Assembly: GCA_965226495.1 (NCBI GenBank)
Contig: OZ245365.1
Span: 256,001-320,000 of the forward strand
Direction: 5' to 3'
DNA: 64,000 nt
Source of the DNA: Candidatus Marinacidobacterales bacterium
GTDB lineage: Bacteria; Acidobacteriota; Vicinamibacteria; Marinacidobacterales; DATDRI01
Made by a program: the position numbers and the translations under genes. Shown in pieces: positions 37,141 through 46,296 of this stretch (the first letter of the stretch is position 1; each line of letters begins with the position of its first letter). The notes beneath the pieces were generated by a model that saw only the letters and a list, made by a program, of their open reading frames with translations, searched no databases and had not been told where the DNA came from.

Positions 37141-38084
37141 CTGAAGTGCGTCCGAGTCTCTCCGTCGAGATCGCGGGGCTCACGCTCGCCTCGCCACTCA
37201 TCGCCGCCAGCGGCACCTTCGGCTACGGTACCGAGTATCTTGATGTCGCCGACTACTCGGCGATCGGTGCCATTGCGGTCAAGGGTCTCTACCTGAACCC
37301 GAGGCCCGGCTGTCCTCCGCCTCGCATCTGGGAGACGCCGTCCGGCATGCTGAACGCCATCGGATTGCAGGAGATCGGCGTCACGCGATTCATAGAGGAG
37401 AAACTACCCGGGCTCCGTGAACTCGGTCCCGCTATCCTCGTCAATATTTGCGGAAGCACCGTCGAGGAGTACGGCGAGTTGGCTCGAGTTCTGAGCGATG
37501 TGGAGGGTGTTGCTGGACTCGAGATCAACATCTCCTGCCCCAATGTGAACGAAGGGGGAATCCTCTTTGGGTGCGATCCGGATCTTGCTGCGAGGGTCAC
37601 GGAGCTCGTGCGTTCCAATACGTCCCTGCCGGTGATTCCGAAACTGAGCCCCAACGTAACGGATATCGCGGCCATCGCCCGCCGCGTGGAATCCGCGGGT
37701 GCGGATGCTTTGTCTCTCATCAATACGATCCCGGCCATGGCCATCGACGTCGAGACGCGTCGGCCAAGGTTGGCCAACGTGGTGGGTGGGCTCTCCGGCC
37801 CTGCCATTCGGCCGATCGCTGTCCGCCTGGTCTATCAGACCGCGCAGGCGGTCAAGATTCCAGTCATCGGGATCGGCGGGATTGCCACTGCGCAGGATGC
37901 CCTGGAGTTCATTATCGCAGGTGCTCAGGCGGTACAGATCGGTACGATGAACTTTGTCGATCCCTCCGTATGGTCGCGCACTCGAGCCGGGCTCGAGGAC
38001 TACTGCGGTCGTCATGGTCTTGCCTCAATTGCGGAACTCTCGGGAAGCCTTCATGTCGAGGGAGTGGTACCGTCGGGCTGGTGA
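37137..38084 (+). CDS. pyrD: Dihydroorotate dehydrogenase, family 1B
   Basis: ASGTFGYG, GMLNAIGLQ, EINISCPNV, KLSPNVTDI and GGLSGPAIRP; ATGA overlap with pyrK. Confidence 0.95.
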   Translation: MTEVRPSLSVEIAGLTLASPLIAASGTFGYGTEYLDVADYSAIGAIAVKGLYLNPRPGCPPPRIWETPSGMLNAIGLQEIGVTRFIEEKLPGLRELGPAILVNICGSTVEEYGELARVLSDVEGVAGLEINISCPNVNEGGILFGCDPDLAARVTELVRSNTSLPVIPKLSPNVTDIAAIARRVESAGADALSLINTIPAMAIDVETRRPRLANVVGGLSGPAIRPIAVRLVYQTAQAVKIPVIGIGGIATAQDALEFIIAGAQAVQIGTMNFVDPSVWSRTRAGLEDYCGRHGLASIAELSGSLHVEGVVPSGW

Positions 38085-38788
38085 TGTCGCCACCATCATT
38101 AATCGTCGCTCTGGATTATCCCGCTCCTCGACTGGCACTCGAGCTTCGAGAGCAATTGGCAGGGGTTGTCGATTTCTTCAAAGTGGGGAGCGAGCTGTTC
38201 ACCGCCGCCGGACCCGAAGTGGTCGAAGCGCTGCGGCGGGCCGACTCGCGCGTCTTCCTGGATTTGAAATTCCATGACATACCCAACACAGTCAGCCGGG
38301 CGATAGCCGCCGCCGCGGAGCTAGGAGTCAGTCTCGTCGACGTCCACGCCTCGGGAGGCGAAGCGATGCTCAAAGCAGCGATGGACTCGGCATGCAATGC
38401 CGGCGCTAGTCGTCCGCTCGTATTCGGCATCACAGTTCTCACGCACCTCGCCGACGAGGATCTACCGACACTAGGTGTGAAGGCGGCTAGTCGCGAGCAA
38501 GCGGTTCGCTTGGCGCGGCTCGCTCACCGCTGCGGTTTGGATGGCGTCGTTGCGGCTGCTGCGGAAGTGTCTGACATACGCGAGGCCACTGCTAACCAGC
38601 TGGAAGTGCTGGTCCCCGGAGTCCGGCCAACATGGGCGAGTCAGACCCACGATCAAACCAGGGTCGCGACGCCCGCCGATGCGGCTCGGGCGGGAGCTCG
38701 TTATATCGTGGTAGGGAGGGCGATCACCGGCCAGCCGGATCCCCGAGCCGCAGCCCTGCGAATCTTGGAAGAGATCGAATCGGCCTGA
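38084..38788 (+). CDS. pyrF: Orotidine-5'-phosphate decarboxylase
   Basis: LIVALD, FKVG.ELF, FLDLKFHDIPNTV, PGVRP and VVGRAIT; TGATG overlap with pyrD. Confidence 0.95.
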   Translation: MSPPSLIVALDYPAPRLALELREQLAGVVDFFKVGSELFTAAGPEVVEALRRADSRVFLDLKFHDIPNTVSRAIAAAAELGVSLVDVHASGGEAMLKAAMDSACNAGASRPLVFGITVLTHLADEDLPTLGVKAASREQAVRLARLAHRCGLDGVVAAAAEVSDIREATANQLEVLVPGVRPTWASQTHDQTRVATPADAARAGARYIVVGRAITGQPDPRAAALRILEEIESA

Positions 38789-38795
38789 TTCCTTC

Positions 38796-39086
38796 ATGGG
38801 GACTCGAAGGCCGGGACGAAAAGCGGCGTCGATCGAATTGGTGCTCTATAGCCGGCCGGCGTGTCACTTGTGCGATGAAATGAAGGAGCTGATAGCCCAA
38901 GTGCTCGGAGATTTCGAGGCGAGCCTCCGGGAGGTCGATATATCCACAGACCCCGATCTCGAGGCCGATTATGGCGAGCAGATACCGGTACTCTTAGTTG
39001 ACGGCAAGAAAGCCTTCAAGTTTCGCACCACGCGGGCCGCCTTGCGGGAGCGACTTCAGAGAGCAAGAGACCCCGGAGCCTGCTAA
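38796..39086 (+). CDS. Glutaredoxin-like protein (DUF836)
   Basis: LYSRPACHLCD...VDI..D..L...YG.QIPV. Confidence 0.85.
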   Translation: MGTRRPGRKAASIELVLYSRPACHLCDEMKELIAQVLGDFEASLREVDISTDPDLEADYGEQIPVLLVDGKKAFKFRTTRAALRERLQRARDPGAC

Positions 39087-39118
39087 CTCCGGGGTCCCCC
39101 AATGGCCCCAATCGAGGT

Positions 39119-39670
39119 TTACTTGGACGCGATCCGAAGATGGGCTCGGCGGTTCTTTTGCCAGCACGCCTCGTTATGGTCGCTGCAGGCCTGCCGATCC
39201 TTCCCGTAGCTGATCGTGCGGAGTCGGTTGGCCGGCACACCAAGTGAGACGAGGTAGTCCATCGCGGACTTGGCTCTACGTTCCCCGAGCGCCAAGTTGT
39301 ACTCCACCGTCCCGCGTTCATCGCAGTGTCCTTCGACCTCGATGACCGCGGTGTTGTAGCTCAGCTTCAACCAGTCGGCGCTTTTGGCCATGGCATCCCT
39401 CGCCTCGGGCTGCAGATCCGACCGGTCATAGTCGAAATGGGCGTCGGACAGGTTCTTTTGGAGCTCGATGGCCGTCGCCTCAACAAAGAGATCCTCCGCC
39501 GTCGGTTGCTTCCGCGGTGGTGGTGGCGGTGGTGGCGGCGGCGGTGGTGGCTCCTCCTTTGGTGGAGGCGGTGGCGGCGGGGGTGGATTCTTTCCGCAAC
39601 CCACAAGATCGGTCGCTAGGACGACGACAAATACGAACAGTCCTAGCGAGGCTATCCATCGTTTCTTCAC
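39119..39670 (-). CDS. pal: Peptidoglycan-associated lipoprotein (OmpA family)
   Basis: Lipobox LVGC, poly-Pro linker, FDYD, EGHCDERGT.EYNLALGERRA, SYGK and NRR; strong SD. Confidence 0.88.
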   Translation of the reverse strand: MKKRWIASLGLFVFVVVLATDLVGCGKNPPPPPPPPPKEEPPPPPPPPPPPPRKQPTAEDLFVEATAIELQKNLSDAHFDYDRSDLQPEARDAMAKSADWLKLSYNTAVIEVEGHCDERGTVEYNLALGERRAKSAMDYLVSLGVPANRLRTISYGKDRQACSDHNEACWQKNRRAHLRIASK

Positions 39671-39852
39671 GAAGTCACCTCCTACGCGTTATGATAGGTA
39701 GAATTCAGATGGTTCCTCGTGACACCGGTCACAGTCGGTTCGCGTACTGGGGCTCTAGCCCAGGGCTGTTTTCCATATGGAGTCACGAGACTAGTAAAGT
39801 ACCCGAAATCGGCGAGTTAGTCTAAACGCCAGAGCGTGAATTTGTCAAGATC

Positions 39853-40452
39853 ATGGCAAAAAAACAGCCAGAAAAAATCAGGAAGAAGATACTAACCAAG
39901 GAAGTCCTTGCCTTCGTGTTGGTCGTTTTGGCGGTCACCGGGTACCTGCTTTATCAGGGGGCCACGAAACCGCCTGCTACCGCTGGGCCCACCGCTGCAC
40001 CGGCGGCGCCGAACCAAGGCCTCGTCGCCGGGAACATGCTTCCCGTGGTTCCTCTTATCTCGCTCGATGGAGAGCAGCTGGAGCTTCGTTCTCCGGAGGG
40101 CAAGCAACCCAGCCTCGTATTCATATTCTCGCCCACTTGTTCGGTTTGCCACGCGACGCTTCCGATCTGGAAAGAGATGTACCAGCAAGCGAAGGCGCAG
40201 GCCATCGAAGTCGTGGGGCTGTCCGTCATGGAGCCTGCAACCACTGCTCAATACGTGCAGACCAACGAGGTTCCATGGAACGTCTACTGTCTCGCCGGGC
40301 GCGCCGCTATCCGCACGCTAGGCATCGAGAGGGTGCCTTATACTCTCGTGCTCGAAGGCACCGGGGAGATCTCCCTTGCGACGGGGGGACAGTTGACGGC
40401 CGAGCAGCAGCAGGCAATCGTCGACGCACTCCAAGCAGGCTCCCAGAGCTAG
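39853..40452 (+). CDS. Membrane-anchored TlpA/thioredoxin-like disulfide oxidoreductase
   Basis: N-terminal TM, FSPTCSVC and cis-Pro VPYT. Confidence 0.75.
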   Translation: MAKKQPEKIRKKILTKEVLAFVLVVLAVTGYLLYQGATKPPATAGPTAAPAAPNQGLVAGNMLPVVPLISLDGEQLELRSPEGKQPSLVFIFSPTCSVCHATLPIWKEMYQQAKAQAIEVVGLSVMEPATTAQYVQTNEVPWNVYCLAGRAAIRTLGIERVPYTLVLEGTGEISLATGGQLTAEQQQAIVDALQAGSQS

Positions 40453-40535
40453 CCCGCCTCCGATATCGTCGACCGGGCCTCTATTTCCCGGGGGGGCGCT
40501 CGCAAACGGTTGGAGCGCAGCTCGACGTCTCTTCA

Positions 40536-41306
40536 TTAATCTTGATTGAGGCTCCATATGATCTGTAGGCCGTCGAGTGTCAGCCAGGGAGCCAGGATTT
40601 CGATCACTGTGGTCTCCGCAGCGATCAGGCCGACCAAATCACCGGTGCCGATAACTTTCGTATTTTGACCGAGCTCATTCTTGAATCGTTTCACCATGCC
40701 TTCTACCAATCCCACGTACCCAAAGATCATCCCAGATTGTACGGCCTCGACGGTGTTGCGCCCGATAGCGGCGGTTGGTCTGGCCAGCTCAACGCGCGGA
40801 AGTTTGGCTGCCCTATGGAAGAGCGCATCTGCGGCGATGTCCAGACCCGGGGCGATCGCGCCTCCTAGGTACTCACCTTCCGATGAGATGGCATCGAACG
40901 TTGTTGCGGTTCCGAAGTCAACAACGCACGCCGGAATGCGGTAGAGGTGTTGGACGGCGACGGCGTCCGCCACTCGATCCGCACCCAGAGCGTTCTTGGG
41001 ATCCTCATATCGAATATTGAGGCCCGTTTTTACCCCCGCGTCGACAACGAGTGGTACCTGGCCGATGTAGCTCTGGCAAGCGCTCACCAGAGTCCCCGTC
41101 AACGGTGGGAGGACCGAGGCCAGCACACAGCCATCGATCTGGTCGGCTTGACAGTCGGCACGTTCGAACAACCCGAGCATCTGCAGGCCGTACTCGTCCG
41201 GCATGCGGCCTCGGACAGTCTCCAGCCGCCAAGCGTGCTTGCGCTCCCGACCCTCATAGAGACCGAGAGTGATGTTTGTATTTCCGATGTCAATCGTCAG
41301 AAGCAT
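40536..41306 (-). CDS. coaX: Type III pantothenate kinase
   Basis: IDIGNTN, GADR, VVDFGTATTFD and GGAIAPG. Confidence 0.95.
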   Translation of the reverse strand: MLLTIDIGNTNITLGLYEGRERKHAWRLETVRGRMPDEYGLQMLGLFERADCQADQIDGCVLASVLPPLTGTLVSACQSYIGQVPLVVDAGVKTGLNIRYEDPKNALGADRVADAVAVQHLYRIPACVVDFGTATTFDAISSEGEYLGGAIAPGLDIAADALFHRAAKLPRVELARPTAAIGRNTVEAVQSGMIFGYVGLVEGMVKRFKNELGQNTKVIGTGDLVGLIAAETTVIEILAPWLTLDGLQIIWSLNQD

Positions 41307-41324
41307 GTTCCTTAGATTCTCTCT

Positions 41325-42161
41325 CTAAGTGCCGACCAACACGTTGTCGATCAGCCGCGTCTCGCCGAAATAGATCGCCATCGAAAGCAGCGCGCGCTCA
41401 ACGCGACCGTCGAGCTCTTCCAGCGTTTCAGGATCGGCCACCGAGACATACTGAATACGCGCCATGGATTCGGCTCCGGCGACCTCGACCATTTTGTCCC
41501 GCAAACGGTCGGCTTCCAAGACGCCGTTCCTAAAGGCTCTGCTTGCCGCTTGCAAGGCACGGTAGAGTCCAGAAGCCGCCTTCCGTTGCTCCGAGCTGAG
41601 AAAGGCGTTGCGACTGGACACCGCGAGCCCGTCCGCCTCCCTGACAGTTGGGCAAACAACGACTTCAATTGGGAAGTCTAGGTCGTTTACCATGCGTCGA
41701 ATTACCAGCGACTGCTGGGCGTCCTTCTGCCCGAAATATGCCCGAGCGGGTTGGAAGTTGTGAAAGAGCTTGGTCACGATGGTCGTGACCCCGCGAAAGT
41801 GCCCTGGCCGGTGCTCTCCCTCGAGTACGCTCGTCAATCCCTCGACATCAACCCAGGTTTGGTATCCGGTCCGGTACAACGTGCTTCGACCCGGAATCCA
41901 GAGTAAATCGACGGCCTCAGCCTTCAGAAGTCGCTGATCACGCTCGAGATCGGATGGATAGGAATCCAGATCTTCTTGAAGGCCAAACTGAGTCGGGTTC
42001 ACGAATATACTTACTCCCACGCTGGCGCATTCTTCTCGAGCTCGTCTGACCAGCGAGAGATGGCCTTCGTGCAAGTACCCCATGGTGGGAACCAGGCCGA
42101 AGGGCTCCGGGAGTGATTCACGTTCCGCACGTAGCTCAGTATGGGAGTAGACGACTTTCAC
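41325..42161 (-). CDS. panC: Pantoate--beta-alanine ligase
   Basis: VPTMGYLHEGH, SIFVNPTQF, RPGHFRGV, FGQKDAQQ and RLIDN. Confidence 0.96.
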   Translation of the reverse strand: MKVVYSHTELRAERESLPEPFGLVPTMGYLHEGHLSLVRRAREECASVGVSIFVNPTQFGLQEDLDSYPSDLERDQRLLKAEAVDLLWIPGRSTLYRTGYQTWVDVEGLTSVLEGEHRPGHFRGVTTIVTKLFHNFQPARAYFGQKDAQQSLVIRRMVNDLDFPIEVVVCPTVREADGLAVSSRNAFLSSEQRKAASGLYRALQAASRAFRNGVLEADRLRDKMVEVAGAESMARIQYVSVADPETLEELDGRVERALLSMAIYFGETRLIDNVLVGT

Positions 42162-42182
42162 GGTTCGAATCCTGATCTCAAT

Positions 42183-43145
42183 TCAAGGTTTGTTAGGAGC
42201 AGGGCACCGTGACTCGGACAGGGCTTCTCGCTTCGCGTGGGCCTTGGCGCCCACCAGGTTCCACAATGTCCAATTCACAGGGGTCTTGGTGCCGAGTCGC
42301 CTTCCTTCCTTCACAATCGCGCCGCTGATGGCATCGATCTCGGTTGGCGCCCCACGCTTAATGTCTTGCAACATGGAGGAAGCGTTTTGAGCCGTTCGCT
42401 CAGCGACCTGCTCGGCGGCTATCGCCGCATCAGCGTACGGAAGCCGGAGGCCGCTTGCCTCAGCGACTCCGGCCGCCTCCCGGGCCGCTTCGACCATCAC
42501 CCGGTAGGCACGCGCGTGTCGGAGCACTTCACCGTTCGTAATCTCCAACAGCGCCGTCACTGGGTTGATACCCGCATTGATGGCCAGCTTTCCCCACGCA
42601 AGGCCCGCGAGGTCTTCGGTTGAGCGCACTTCGAAGCCTGCGGATTGCAGCAGGTCAACTACTGGTTCGAGCCGCGGGTGAGAGGCAACGTGGGTTGGGC
42701 CGACTCCTCCTGGCCTCACCCTCCCCGGGGCGAGCAGCGAGGCCCCCAAGGTTGTCACTCCCATGGCCGTACGTTCCTGACCCAGCGCGGCCTGAAGGGT
42801 CTCCAAGTTACCGAGCCCATTTTGCAGTGTAAGTGCGATGCCATCGGTGGCGAGACACTGGGATAACATCTTCGCTGCACGCGCCGTCTGCCAGGACTTC
42901 ACCAGCACCAGCGCCGTTCTTGCTCCTGCACACTGCTCAGGGTGAGAGGCGACTTCTACCTCGGCTCGGCACAGCTCTCCATTCTCTTCAAGGTGAAGCC
43001 CGTCACGCCGCACCACCTCCATTCCCTGCTTCCAAGTTCCGAGCAGGGTAACTTGCGCATGGGCCGCGAGCCGAGCGCCAATGAGGCTAGCCATCGCGCC
43101 CGTCCCAACGATCAGAATCTCCCGATCGTTCCCCGGCCTAGTCAT
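42183..43145 (-). CDS. panE: 2-dehydropantoate 2-reductase
   Basis: GTGAM, LVKS, LQNGLG, W.KL.IN..IN and SSMLQD...TEIDAI.G. Confidence 0.93.
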   Translation of the reverse strand: MTRPGNDREILIVGTGAMASLIGARLAAHAQVTLLGTWKQGMEVVRRDGLHLEENGELCRAEVEVASHPEQCAGARTALVLVKSWQTARAAKMLSQCLATDGIALTLQNGLGNLETLQAALGQERTAMGVTTLGASLLAPGRVRPGGVGPTHVASHPRLEPVVDLLQSAGFEVRSTEDLAGLAWGKLAINAGINPVTALLEITNGEVLRHARAYRVMVEAAREAAGVAEASGLRLPYADAAIAAEQVAERTAQNASSMLQDIKRGAPTEIDAISGAIVKEGRRLGTKTPVNWTLWNLVGAKAHAKREALSESRCPAPNKP

Positions 43146-44031
43146 CCGAGCCCGCCCGTCTCTCGTTCAGCCACTCTTGCAGATCGCTCCAATCCTTTTC
43201 GGGCATCTCGAAGGTGTGCTCTTCGAGGGGGAATCGGCCTTTTTCAACGTCTTGCTTATATGCCGCAATAGCGCGGCTCATCTCGCCGCCCAGATCCACA
43301 TATTGCTTTGCAAACCCGGGTGTTAAACGGTCGAACAGGCCCAGGATGTCATGCGTTACCAAAACCTGGCCGTCGCAGTCTGGGCCGGCACCGATGCCAA
43401 TTGTCGGAATCTCGACCTGTTCGGTCACGAGCCGGCCCAGCCGAGCCGGTATGCTCTCCAGAACAAGCGAAAAGCAGCCGGCCTGTTCGAGCAGCTTGGC
43501 GTCTTCGATCAAACGAATGGCGTCTCCGGTTTCCTTGGCTTGCGCCCGAAATCCTCCGAGTTGGTGCACCGACTGAGGTGTCAAGCCCAAGTGTCCCTGA
43601 ACCGGAATTCCGGATCCAACGATGGCGCGGATCGCTTCGACCCGTTCACGGCCACCTTCAAGCTTCACCGCATGCATACCTCCTTCTTTTAGGAAGCGCC
43701 CGGCGTTGCGCACCGCAGTTTCGACAGAGGCCTGATACGACATGAACGGCATGTCACCAATCAACAGTGCGAACGTGGCGCCCCGCGCCACCGCCTTACA
43801 GTGGTGAATCATGTCATCCATCGTGACGGGAAGCGTATTTTCGTAGCCCAGCATCACCATTGCCAAAGAGTCTCCGACTAGGATCGAATCGATGCCTGCC
43901 TGGTCGACGGCCAGCGCGGTGGCATAGTCGTAGGCGGTGAGCATAGTAAGGGTTTCGCCTTTGACTTTCTTCAGACGAAAAGAGTGCGTCGTGATCTTCT
44001 TGCGGATCTTCGGGGGCAGAGCCGTGGACAT
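43138..44031 (-). CDS. panB: 3-methyl-2-oxobutanoate hydroxymethyltransferase
   Basis: MLTAYD, LVGDSL, DMPF.SY, VKLEGG, HLGLTPQ and GIGAG..CDGQVLV. Confidence 0.96.
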   Translation of the reverse strand: MSTALPPKIRKKITTHSFRLKKVKGETLTMLTAYDYATALAVDQAGIDSILVGDSLAMVMLGYENTLPVTMDDMIHHCKAVARGATFALLIGDMPFMSYQASVETAVRNAGRFLKEGGMHAVKLEGGRERVEAIRAIVGSGIPVQGHLGLTPQSVHQLGGFRAQAKETGDAIRLIEDAKLLEQAGCFSLVLESIPARLGRLVTEQVEIPTIGIGAGPDCDGQVLVTHDILGLFDRLTPGFAKQYVDLGGEMSRAIAAYKQDVEKGRFPLEEHTFEMPEKDWSDLQEWLNERRAGSDD

Positions 44032-44119
44032 CGCTATCTCCTCCTACGAGTGAGATGCACCAAGGACAAAATACCAGCCCCGGCCTTGGGCGGGACAGGA
44101 GCGCATATCGTATTGTCCT

Positions 44120-44150
44120 GCCGTCTCGGTCGTTGCGCGATCCGAGCGGC
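44120..44150 (-). ncRNA. pan RNA motif (cis-regulatory hairpin) upstream of panB
   Basis: Minus strand GCCGCTCGGATCG-CGCAA-CGACCGAGACGGC forms a stem with two bulged adenosines in the panB leader, as described for the pan motif. Recognised by eye, no covariance model run. Confidence 0.65.
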
Positions 44151-44269
44151 ACCCGAATTATAGCCTAGCTAGAATCACGTGCTAGCTTGCATTTGAGGGT
44201 GGGTTGGGTCGAGGCTTCCGAGGATGCGCTGGTCGGCTACACGGACAAGGACGCCGCCGCGTAGTGGAG

Positions 44270-45595
44270 CTAGGGGAGGATCTTGTGACGCTTCATTTTT
44301 TCGTGGAGCGTCGTGGGGTTGAGACGGAGTTTCTCCGCCGCCCTCTTCTGGCTCCCGTCTACGCGTTCCAGCGTCTGGATGATGATGCGTTTTTCGATGT
44401 CGGCGATGAACTCGCGGAGCGACAGGTTGTTCAGTCTTGCGGTCTCGGGAACTCCGAGGGAGGGGGCGGCGCAGAACTGTTCGGGTAGCGTTGTTCCCTC
44501 GAACCTAGCGGCGGACGCCATGGAAACAGCGCGTTCGATGACCATCGAGAGTTCGGCCACGTTACCGGGCCAATCGTACGAGAGGTAGTTTTCGATCGTT
44601 TGAGAAGGAACGCCCAGCGGCTTCAGACTGAAGCGTTCGCAGAAGCGCTTCAAGAAATGGTCGACTAATACGGGTATGTCTCCCCGTACCTCGCGCAGAG
44701 GGGGTATGGAGATACGAACCGCCGAGAGTTGATCGAACAACCTGTTGTCGAACTCACCGCGGCGGACGGTTTCCTTGAGGGAGGGGTCGGCAGAAGTGAT
44801 GATTCGGAACGGGACCGGTTGGTCAAGCAGCTTGTACAAGGCGTCTTGATCGAGTGGCGAAAGGGCGGTGAGCTCGGAAAAGTAAATAGCGCCGGGACGG
44901 AACGTCCCGCTGCTATATGCTGGGAAGCGTCCCGGCTCGTCGCCGGTCGTCAGCTCTTCGAGGAGCCGCGTCAGCTCTCCCCTCGGGAGGCTCGGGATTT
45001 CCACAGGGAGAAACGTCGAATGGGGGTTCCGGCCATGTCGATGGATGAGCTCTGCGGCCAGGCGTCGGCCGGTGCCGTCCTCGCAGAGCAGCAGAACCGG
45101 ACCAGTGGAGAGTGCCGCGGTGGCGATGGCTTTTCTCACCTCCTGAGATTCGGGAGTGCAACCGACCCAGTCTCCCAAACTCAGCGCCCGTCCCAGTTGT
45201 CGTTTGAGAATACGGTTTTCTTGAAGGAGTTTGCGGTGAACCATCGCGGACTCGACCGCCATGGCGAGAGTCTTCCGCTCCAGCGGCTTGACCAAGAGCC
45301 CCGCTGGACGGAGCTGAGGCCCCTCGAGTCCTTGTAAATCCATTCCTGCCGGGGCCACGAGGAGTATCTCCAAGTCAGGATCCGTCGACTTCACGATCTG
45401 GATTGCATGGCGGATCGGCTCCGTCAACGATTCGGCGTCGATCACGACCAGATGGTGCGGCCGTTCCCGAAGTATCTCGATGGCCTCGTCGAACGAGAGG
45501 GCGTGTGACAACTGCCAGGCTTGACCCGTCAAGTCGGAAGCAAAGTCCCCGTGGATTAAGTGCTCTCCTACTATGAGTATGGATTCATCTGCCAT
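44270..45595 (-). CDS. Degenerate NtrC-like regulator (receiver-like + AAA+ + Fis HTH)
   Basis: IPPLRE..GDI..L..HFL, YDWPGNV.EL..VIERA and C-terminal HTH are retained. Walker A reads CEDGTGRR and GAFTGA is absent. Confidence 0.8.
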   Translation of the reverse strand: MADESILIVGEHLIHGDFASDLTGQAWQLSHALSFDEAIEILRERPHHLVVIDAESLTEPIRHAIQIVKSTDPDLEILLVAPAGMDLQGLEGPQLRPAGLLVKPLERKTLAMAVESAMVHRKLLQENRILKRQLGRALSLGDWVGCTPESQEVRKAIATAALSTGPVLLLCEDGTGRRLAAELIHRHGRNPHSTFLPVEIPSLPRGELTRLLEELTTGDEPGRFPAYSSGTFRPGAIYFSELTALSPLDQDALYKLLDQPVPFRIITSADPSLKETVRRGEFDNRLFDQLSAVRISIPPLREVRGDIPVLVDHFLKRFCERFSLKPLGVPSQTIENYLSYDWPGNVAELSMVIERAVSMASAARFEGTTLPEQFCAAPSLGVPETARLNNLSLREFIADIEKRIIIQTLERVDGSQKRAAEKLRLNPTTLHEKMKRHKILP

Positions 45596-45811
45596 AACCA
45601 ACTCGTTTTCTGACCGCCACCGGAGGCCCGGTGGGTCGCGCGATCGACATGACGGTTCGGGCGGTTCGGTGAACGGAATGTGTTTCCTGTTCTCCCGAAG
45701 TCATACGGACGCCATGCCGGCTCGCACCTGAGCGATAGCGTTCGAATTTGGCACTGTTTGTTCCCATGAGTGGACAATCCAGTAGCTAGACCGGTATTCA
45801 ATGTACACAAG

Positions 45812-45827
45812 AGCAATTCTGATGCCA
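45812..45827 (-). promoter_or_regulatory. sigma54 (-24/-12) promoter
   Basis: TGGCAT-CAGAA-TTGCT, ~215 bp upstream of the degenerate NtrC-like gene. Confidence 0.65.
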
Positions 45828-45950
45828 TGGAGAGAAGTCGGCTAACCGCTTCTGATAATTGGATGGCTAGGAGAGATACTTCAAGAAACTGAATAGATTC
45901 TTTAATGAGTGGCTAGTGTTTTTACATGAGCCGTCAGCTGTTCCGAAGCC

Positions 45951-46080
45951 GCCGCCGGCCGCAGCGAGCTTGTCGAGCGGAGGCCAGCGGCCGAACGCAG
46001 CCGTGAGCCCATGCGAAGTCGCCAGTCGACGTAGCATGAGGCGTGGGGGTGGGGCCCCGCGCCACTCATGAAGGAGTGAG
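45951..46080 (+). repeat. Dispersed repeat family A, copy 4 (long form)
   Basis: Same core and flanks as 33948-34078. Confidence 0.9.
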
Positions 46081-46118
46081 GCCGCATTTGAGAAAGCCGG
46101 CGAAGGGACGGCGGTTTG

Positions 46119-46296
46119 TCAGATTCTGCTTGCCGCCAAATGGCGTGGTTGCTTTAACCGGAGCTAGTCAGACGGGTTTTCAGATCATGGTGGCCGTCAA
46201 ACTACGTGCTGCCATCGAACGAGGTGGCCAGACGGGCACTCAGTTCCTGTTGGCCGTCAAATTAGGCGGTTGCTCTAACCGGAGCTAGCCAGACGG
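46119..46296 (+). repeat. Degenerate tandem repeat, 3 x 60-61 bp (family B)
   Basis: TCAGWT....GCCGYCAAA...TGC...GAGSTRGYCAGACGG units starting at 46119, 46180 and 46240. Confidence 0.8.

Noticed and set aside
37448-38083. Long N-terminal extension of PyrF (446-aa ORF)
   Set aside because: Out-of-frame overlap with pyrD. The true start is at the TGATG junction (38084).
46119-46296. Integron attC sites
   Set aside because: TAAC is present but there is no matching GTTRRRY arm or long palindrome, no cassette ORFs and no integrase.
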